From: Candidatus Nealsonbacteria bacterium
GTDB taxonomy: Bacteria > Patescibacteriota > Minisyncoccia > Minisyncoccales > RBG-13-36-15
Length of the DNA stretch: 47,324 nt
Assembly (NCBI GenBank): GCA_011050465.1
Contig: DRFQ01000001.1
Span: 180,860-228,183 of the forward strand
Direction: 5' to 3'
The notes beneath the pieces are model-generated. The model made no database searches. It saw nothing but the letters and a program-made list of their open reading frames with translations, and was not told the origin of the DNA. A program made the position numbers and the translations under genes. Of the stretch, positions 41,351 through 47,324 are shown piece after piece; the stretch's first letter is position 1; each line of letters starts with the position of its first letter.

Positions 41351-43099
41351 TCAGGAAATGATTACCCTTAAAACTTCCTCAATTGAAGTGATTCCCTGGG
41401 AGGTCTTTAAAAATCCATCTTCAACCATTGTTCTCATGCCTTCTTTTTGGGCCTGTTCTTGAATTTTGTCGGCACTTGTTCTTCTGATAATAAGCTCTTT
41501 AATTGATTCAGTGGCCAGCAAGACTTCATAAATTCCAATTCTTCCTTTATATCCTTCTGGGCAGTTCTTTGAGGGTTTTGGACGGTAGAATTCAATATTG
41601 GGCCAATCATCTTTCTTCTTAACAATTTTCTCTTTTTTGATAATTTCTAAAATTCTATTTAAATCGCAATTTTTTTCTAAATTTTTAATCTCTGTCTTTC
41701 CAAGTTTATATTTTAACTTTTCTGGGCATAATTTTCTGACCAATCTTTGGGCTAAAATAACATTTAAAGTTGAAGAAATCAGAAAGGGTTCAGCCCCCAT
41801 ATCAATTAGGCGGGGGATGGCGCCAGCTGCTGTATTGGTGTGGATGGTAGATAAAACCAAATGACCCGTTAAGGCAGCATTGATTGCCAACGAAGCTGTT
41901 TCTTTATCTCGAATTTCTCCGATCATTAAAATGTCTGGATCTTGTCTGACCAAAGCCCGCAGGCCGGAAGCGAAAGTAAGCCCGATTTTAGGGTTGACCT
42001 GAGTTTGATTGATTCTGGGCATTCGGTATTCAATCGGATCTTCAATAGTAGCAATATTTACATCAGGAGTATTGAGAATTTCTAACATTGAGTAAAGAGT
42101 AGTTGTTTTTCCAGAGCCCGTGGGCCCCGTGACCAATATCATTCCGACCGGTTTTCTTAAATTATCTTGAATTTTTTCCAAAGCTTCTCCCCGTAAGCCC
42201 AATCCCTCTAAGGTGAAAGCCTTGGCAGTTTCAGACAATAATCTCATCACAATTTTTTCACCGTTAAAGACCGGTAAAATCGAAACCCTAATAGAATATT
42301 TATAATCTTCTGTTTCGGCCTTAAATCTTCCGTCTTGGGGCAAACGATGTTCATCGAGCTTTAAATTGGAAAGAACTTTAATTCTGGCCACAATCCCAGA
42401 TCGTACAACTTTTGGCAAGGTCATAGCGTCTCTTAAGATTCCATCAATTCTATAACGGACGATTACTTCTTTTTCTGTTGGTTCAATATGAATATCAGAA
42501 GCTCTTTGCAAAATCGCGTGTTTTAACAGAGTTTCGACAATTCGAATTATTGGTAATTCTTCAGCCGCTTTTAGGAGTTCGGCTTTTTCTTCAACTACCT
42601 TTCTTTCTTTAATTGATTTAATTCCCTTTGTTTCTCTTTTAATAATTTCTCCAAATTCAGCCTCTAAAGTCTTTTGATATTGAGATAAAACATTTTTGAT
42701 GCCTTCCGGAGTAGTTAATCGTGGCAATATTTTTAAATTAGATTTTTTTCTAATAAACTCAATAGTTCTTAAATCTTCTGGATCAAGCATAGCCACTTCT
42801 AAGTTTTGTTCCTTTTTTCTGAAAGCAACGATATTATGAGATTTAGCAATTGGCTCAGGAATAATTTTTAAAATTTCTGGTGAAACCTTCTCTTTTTCTA
42901 AATTGATGAAAGGGATACCTAAAATATAAGCTTCAAGCTTTATTAATTCTTCCTGAGTGATTGTTCCCTCAGAAACCAAAACGTCGCCAACTTTTTGGTT
43001 AGTTTTTTGAGCCTTTTTTTGAGCCTGACTAAATTTAGCTTCGGTCACTAAACCCGAATCCAAGAGAAAGGCTTTTAACCGTTTTGGTTCAATTTTCAT
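41351..43099 (-). CDS. pilB: Type IV pilus assembly ATPase PilB (GspE family)
   Basis: T2SSE N-domain, Walker A GPTGSGKTT, Asp and His boxes, and a Cys-containing zinc-site region. Confidence 0.92.
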   Translation of the reverse strand: MKIEPKRLKAFLLDSGLVTEAKFSQAQKKAQKTNQKVGDVLVSEGTITQEELIKLEAYILGIPFINLEKEKVSPEILKIIPEPIAKSHNIVAFRKKEQNLEVAMLDPEDLRTIEFIRKKSNLKILPRLTTPEGIKNVLSQYQKTLEAEFGEIIKRETKGIKSIKERKVVEEKAELLKAAEELPIIRIVETLLKHAILQRASDIHIEPTEKEVIVRYRIDGILRDAMTLPKVVRSGIVARIKVLSNLKLDEHRLPQDGRFKAETEDYKYSIRVSILPVFNGEKIVMRLLSETAKAFTLEGLGLRGEALEKIQDNLRKPVGMILVTGPTGSGKTTTLYSMLEILNTPDVNIATIEDPIEYRMPRINQTQVNPKIGLTFASGLRALVRQDPDILMIGEIRDKETASLAINAALTGHLVLSTIHTNTAAGAIPRLIDMGAEPFLISSTLNVILAQRLVRKLCPEKLKYKLGKTEIKNLEKNCDLNRILEIIKKEKIVKKKDDWPNIEFYRPKPSKNCPEGYKGRIGIYEVLLATESIKELIIRRTSADKIQEQAQKEGMRTMVEDGFLKTSQGITSIEEVLRVIIS

Positions 43100-43156
43100 T
43101 GTTCAATAAACAGAAAATAGTAAATAAAAAAAACATAATTCTTTGAGCTCCGTTTC

Positions 43157-43525
43157 TTATTCGTCGAGGATTTTCTTAATTTTTTTTACTATTTCTTCTA
43201 AACTGTAATTTTCCTTTACTAAATACGTAGTAGCTCCCAATTCAAGAGCTTTTTCAATATCTTCCATGTCTTCCAAATTAGTCAAAACAATAACTGGAAT
43301 TTGTTTAGTTTGATGATCTTTAGCTAATTGTTGAAGTACCTCAAAACCATGAAGCTTGGGTAAGATTAGGTCTAACAGAATTAAGTCGGGCTTTTGATTT
43401 TTAGCTAATTCTAATCCGACTTCTCCGTCTAAGGCCGAGATCATTTGGTAGCCCTCTTGTTTTAAAATCTCGCCCAAAGTTTTTTGAAGGGCTGATTCAT
43501 CTTCGATAAATAGAATACGCTTCAT
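43157..43525 (-). CDS. Stand-alone response-regulator receiver domain (CheY-like)
   Basis: DLILLDLILPKLHG phospho-acceptor region and a conserved K near the C-terminus. Confidence 0.85.
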   Translation of the reverse strand: MKRILFIEDESALQKTLGEILKQEGYQMISALDGEVGLELAKNQKPDLILLDLILPKLHGFEVLQQLAKDHQTKQIPVIVLTNLEDMEDIEKALELGATTYLVKENYSLEEIVKKIKKILDE

Positions 43526-43608
43526 TGCTACATTGTTTCATTGTTTCATTGTTAAATTGATTTTAAATGTCTCAATATAACAATTTAGCAATTTAACAGT
43601 TTAACAAT

Positions 43609-44595
43609 TTATTTTACTGGGAGGGTAAACCAGAAGGTGGTTCCTTTACCCTCTTTTGATTTGAAACCCATTTTGCCTCCCGCTTGATCAATAATTGATT
43701 TGGTAATATAGAGGCCTAATCCCGTGCCTTGGGTTCTGTATCTTAAAATATTTCGAGCTCTAAAAAATTTTTGGAAAATGTATTTTTTGTCCCGGACAGG
43801 AATTCCCACTCCATTGTCTTTTACCTCAAAATAGATATTGTTTTCCCGTCTTTTAAGATTGATCTCAACCGTTCCTTTGTCTTTTACATAACGAATAGCA
43901 TTATCTATAAGATTCTCAATAATTAATTTTAGTTGAGAAGGGTCAATGAAAATTTTTGGTAAATTTTCTTCGATGTCTAATTGTATCTCTACGTTAGAAG
44001 CTTTGGCAAAAGGTTTAAGATTAGAAATTAAATTTTTAACCGAATCAACCAAGGAAACTTCTACTTTCTGGGAAGGGAGCCTGCCTTGCTCAATTCGGGA
44101 AACAATTAGAAGATCTTTGACTAATTCTCCCATTCGAGCACTGTTTTCTTTTAAGATTCGGAAGTATTCCAGTTGAGGTTCTTCAATTGTTCCCAATCTT
44201 CCCGACATTAAAAGCTCAATTGTCCATCTCAAATTGGAAAGAGGAGATCTGAGCTGATGAGAGACAATACTGACAAATTCTGATTTTAAACGACTAGCCT
44301 CAGCCAACCTCTCAAAACTTTGGGTAATAGTGAAGGTAACAATTAATAAAAGTGCCGAGAGGACAAGGACGACTAGAATTACAATTTCCGGTTCCTCAAC
44401 AAACTGAATGCCAACAGCATAGGCGGTCAGAATGATCGCAATGGTAATGATCCCCATGACTAAGAAAATAAATTGAGGATATTGCCAAGGGGGAATGCCA
44501 TATTTCCGACTTTGTTTAAAGATGTTGAGTTGTTTAAGTCCTCCTAAGTTTTTCTTTAAGAAATTTGGGAGGGTAAGAATTTTCTTGAAATCCAT
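43609..44595 (-). CDS. Membrane sensor histidine kinase
   Basis: Two TM helices, H-box FVSIVSHQLRSPL, N box DNAIRY, and G boxes DNGVGI / GTGLGL. Confidence 0.88.
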   Translation of the reverse strand: MDFKKILTLPNFLKKNLGGLKQLNIFKQSRKYGIPPWQYPQFIFLVMGIITIAIILTAYAVGIQFVEEPEIVILVVLVLSALLLIVTFTITQSFERLAEASRLKSEFVSIVSHQLRSPLSNLRWTIELLMSGRLGTIEEPQLEYFRILKENSARMGELVKDLLIVSRIEQGRLPSQKVEVSLVDSVKNLISNLKPFAKASNVEIQLDIEENLPKIFIDPSQLKLIIENLIDNAIRYVKDKGTVEINLKRRENNIYFEVKDNGVGIPVRDKKYIFQKFFRARNILRYRTQGTGLGLYITKSIIDQAGGKMGFKSKEGKGTTFWFTLPVK

Positions 44596-44657
44596 AATTT
44601 TATTATATCATATCATAAATTGACCGAAAGGGAATAAGTTGATATAAAGATTATGAA

Positions 44658-44730
44658 CGGGGCATGGTGTAATGGCTAACATTTGCGCTTTGGGAGCGTA
44701 AGATTCTGGGTTCGACTCCCAGTGCCCCGA
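44658..44730 (+). tRNA. tRNA-Pro (anticodon TGG)
   Basis: C1:G72 acceptor CGGGGCA/TGCCCCG, loop TTTGGGA, T-loop TTCGACT. Confidence 0.88.
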
Positions 44731-45014
44731 AATTTAGGCGGGTGAAGGAGCGCTTGGCCCGAGCCCGCCCCGCACCAATTTTGCCTTTTCAAGCTACACT
44801 TTAGTTTAAATAATTAAGAGAAGCGGAATTAAGCTTTTGAGACACATATTACACGAATAGTGTGGTCCGCCTTCGGCGGACTGGGCTATTCGTCCACCGT
44901 GTGTCGTTACTGAATAGATGGCGAAATTGGTGCGGGGTGAGAAATCTCGGCATCCCGAAAGTTGATTTTTAGTGCGGGGCGGGAAGTCCGGGAATTACGA
45001 CTGAGAATTCCGGT

Positions 45015-45085
45015 GCGGGTATCGTATAGTGGTATTACCTGGCCCTTCCAAGGCCATGACAGGGGTTCGACTCCCCTTACCCGCT
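45015..45085 (+). tRNA. tRNA-Gly (anticodon TCC)
   Basis: GCGGGTA/TACCCGC acceptor, loop CTTCCAA, T-loop TTCGACT. Confidence 0.88.
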
Positions 45086-45092
45086 TTTAATA

Positions 45093-45125
45093 GAAAACGG
45101 CTCTAACGAGCCGTTTTCTAATTTT
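45093..45125 (+). terminator. Intrinsic terminator after tRNA-Gly
   Basis: GAAAACGGCTC-taac-GAGCCGTTTTC followed by TAATTTT. Confidence 0.75.
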
Positions 45126-45172
45126 CAATTTTTTCGCATTTAACTATATTTAACACTCGACGTTAAACATGG

Positions 45173-46702
45173 TTATTTGGCGTATTCAACCACCCGGGTT
45201 TCTCTAATTACATTGATTTTAATTTCACCTGGATATCTTAATTCTGACTGTACTTTTTCTGCAATTTCGTGGGCCAATTTTTTGGCTGCAAGATCGTCAA
45301 TCTCTTCCGGCTTAACAAAAATTCTTATTTCTCTACCGGCTTGCAGGGCCCAGGCTTTTTCAATTCCAGGAAAGGCCAGAGCTGTTGCTTCCAGGTCAGC
45401 CAATCTGTTCAGATAGTTCTCAACCGTATCTTTTCTGGCCCCAGGTCTTGCTCCTGAAATTTGGTCAGCCACCTGAACAATTACTGATTCTAAAGTTTCG
45501 TAAGGATATTCTTCATGATGGGCCTTCATGGCTGTAATGACTTCTTTCTCCATTTCAAATTTTTCTAAGACTTTAATCCCAATATCTACATGGGAACCCT
45601 GGATCTGGTGGTCTATTGCCTTGCCAATATCGTGAAGGAGACCTGCTTTCTTGGCAATTATAGGATCAGCTCCCAATTCTGAAGCTAAAGTTGCAGCTAA
45701 GTGGGAGACTTCAATTGAGTGTAAAAGGACATTTTGGCCAAAACTCGTTCTAAAATTTAATCTTCCCAAAAGCTTAATAATTTGGGGAGGAAGGCTAGCA
45801 ATACCTACCTCATAAAGTGCTTGTTCGCCAGCCTCTTTTATTTTTTTGCTAATCTCTGTTTCTGCTTTCTGAACCTGTTCTTCTATTCTGGCCGGCTGGA
45901 TTCTGCCGTCAGAAATTAATTTTTCCAAAGCTATTTTCGCAATCTGGCGGCGAATTGGATCAAAGCCTGAAATTACTACTGCTTCCGGGGTATCGTCAAC
46001 AATAATCTCTACTCCGGTTAATCTCTCCAAGGTCTTGATATTTCTGCCTTCCTTGCCAATGATCCTCCCTTTGATTTCATCAGAAGGAAGAGAAACTGTA
46101 GTAGTAGTTAATTCCTGGGTTTGAGAGATAGTGCATCTTTGGATAGTTGTGGCTAATATTTCTTTTGCTTTTTCTTGGAATTTTTCTGTCCCCTCTTTTT
46201 CTAATTTTCGCATTCTTTCCAGGATCTCTACTTGATACTCTTCTTCTAAATTTTGAAACAGTTCTTTTTTGGCTTCTTCTTTGGAAAGCTTCGAAACATT
46301 TTCCAGTTTTTTTAGGGTTTTTTCCTTGAGATCGTCCAGATTTTCCTTTATCTGTTTTAATTTTTTGACTTTCTGTTCAAATTCTTTCTCTTTTTCTTCC
46401 AAAAGAGAAAATTTATTGTCTAAACTGGTTTCTCTCTTCAATGATAGCTGTTCAGATCTTAATAATCCTTTCTGTCTTTCCTCGAAATCTCTTCTAGTTT
46501 TTCCTAAAAACCGGGAGGCTTTTTCCTTAGCTTCGGTTAAGATTGATTGAGCCTCATCTCTGGTTTTAGCAATTTTTTTCTGGAGTCTTTCCTCTAAAGT
46601 GCCTGCTTGTTTTCTGGCGATGGACTGCCGGGCATAATAACCCAAAACTGAACCCATGACCAAGGTTAATATCCCTACAATAAGTAGAACAAATTGATTC
46701 AT
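45173..46702 (-). CDS. rny: Ribonuclease Y
   Basis: N-terminal TM helix, long coiled coil, KH domain (GRIIGKEGRNIK) and HD domain (LLHDIGKA). Confidence 0.92.
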   Translation of the reverse strand: MNQFVLLIVGILTLVMGSVLGYYARQSIARKQAGTLEERLQKKIAKTRDEAQSILTEAKEKASRFLGKTRRDFEERQKGLLRSEQLSLKRETSLDNKFSLLEEKEKEFEQKVKKLKQIKENLDDLKEKTLKKLENVSKLSKEEAKKELFQNLEEEYQVEILERMRKLEKEGTEKFQEKAKEILATTIQRCTISQTQELTTTTVSLPSDEIKGRIIGKEGRNIKTLERLTGVEIIVDDTPEAVVISGFDPIRRQIAKIALEKLISDGRIQPARIEEQVQKAETEISKKIKEAGEQALYEVGIASLPPQIIKLLGRLNFRTSFGQNVLLHSIEVSHLAATLASELGADPIIAKKAGLLHDIGKAIDHQIQGSHVDIGIKVLEKFEMEKEVITAMKAHHEEYPYETLESVIVQVADQISGARPGARKDTVENYLNRLADLEATALAFPGIEKAWALQAGREIRIFVKPEEIDDLAAKKLAHEIAEKVQSELRYPGEIKINVIRETRVVEYAK

Positions 46703-47017
46703 ATTTCAAGATAGAAATTTGGCTGTTTTTCATTAAATAAAATCACCAATAAAGACCACTAATAGAACACTAATTCAACATAAATACTCACTAATAACGT
46801 CTTCGTGATAATTAGTGAGAAGATTCGTGATATTATTCGTGGACCAAAATTCCATAATTAATTAACTTTACTGATTTAAGTTTAGCAAATATTTTTAGAG
46901 ATGTCAAAAACCATCTTAAAAGAGGGTTTGTATGCGATAATCAGACATTTACAGTATAAAACTCGTCACAATAAAGCTGTCAGAGGACGGGCCTCTGTAA
47001 GTTCTACTATTCTTTCA

Positions 47018-47054
47018 GAAAACAAAGCCCACCCAAAAGGGCGGGCTTTGTTTT
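47018..47054. terminator. Bidirectional intrinsic terminator
   Basis: AAAACAAA-GCCCACCC-aaaa-GGGCGGGC-TTTGTTTT. Confidence 0.75.
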
Positions 47055-47068
47055 AATTATTAGGGAGA

Positions 47069-47323
47069 TTAAGCCTGGAAAAAACTAAAAATGGAAGCCC
47101 AGAATTTTTCCAATAAGCCGGTGGGGGAAATTTCCCTCCATTCAGGAAGAGGGGAGCCGGTAGTCAAAGTCTGTTGAATCGAGCAACTACCGTCACTATC
47201 TACCGCTATTAACTCTACTATATAATCTCCAGACACTGAGTAAGAATGAGTTGGATTTTGTTCGATTGAATCTGTCCCCCCATCACCGTCAAAATCCCAC
47301 TCCCAGCCTGGACTTGTACCATA
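47069..47323 (-). CDS. C-terminal end of a PKD-domain surface protein (5'-partial, continues beyond the window)
   Basis: My own translation: ...GWEWDFDGDGGTDSIEQNPTHSYSVSGDYIVELIAVDSDGSCS...LPEWREISPTGLLEKFWASIFSFFQA*. The PKD signature is WDFGDG...H.Y...G.Y. Confidence 0.7.
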   Translation of the reverse strand, partial: YGTSPGWEWDFDGDGGTDSIEQNPTHSYSVSGDYIVELIAVDSDGSCSIQQTLTTGSPLPEWREISPTGLLEKFWASIFSFFQA

Positions 47324-47324
47324 A

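Noticed and set aside
44972-45014. GGGGCGGGAAGTCCGGG resembling the RNase P GGAAAGTCCGGGC box
   Set aside because: It is followed within 25 nt by tRNA-Gly and forms a simple local hairpin. No P4 3' strand or specificity-domain elements are present.

Overview
The window is low in G+C (hand-counted 60-nt lines give about 30-32% G+C) and gene-dense. It most resembles a streamlined CPR/Patescibacteria (Parcubacteria-like) bacterium; that lineage call is inference from gene content and style. Housekeeping genes include yifB/comM-like, an rpsO-NYN-pnp operon, cca, ftsH, rplS, rbfA-infB and rny. There are 19 tRNA genes in five clusters. A type IV pilus block on the minus strand (pilB, pilC, pseudopilins, pilM, pilN, pilO) lies next to a two-component system. 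TGA is used as a normal stop codon. No rRNA, CRISPR array, transposase or integrase is visible.

Five things stand out:

1. A sharply bounded G+C-rich orphan gene (17517-18923, about 62% G+C by hand count). It has its own near-consensus promoter and terminator. It sits in a tRNA / YraN / NYN neighbourhood and is followed by a MITE-like element with terminal inverted repeats.

2. The tRNA clusters are embedded in G+C-rich hairpin repeats (CCCCGCAC/GTGCGGGG family), tRNA 5' and 3' fragments, and duplicated tRNA 3' ends.

3. Several dispersed repeat families occur: a 47-49-bp intergenic repeat, an 18-bp-TIR element, and a 150-nt module that is identical apart from one 3-nt indel behind two paralogous surface-protein genes.

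4. Three tRNAs carry a co-varying D-loop (AGC instead of GG) and T-loop (UGC instead of UUC), and there is a tRNA-Ile with anticodon UAU.

5. A GIY-YIG gene is interrupted by an in-frame TGA.

All coordinates were indexed by hand from the numbered sequence. RNA ends and promoter or terminator limits may be off by a few nucleotides.
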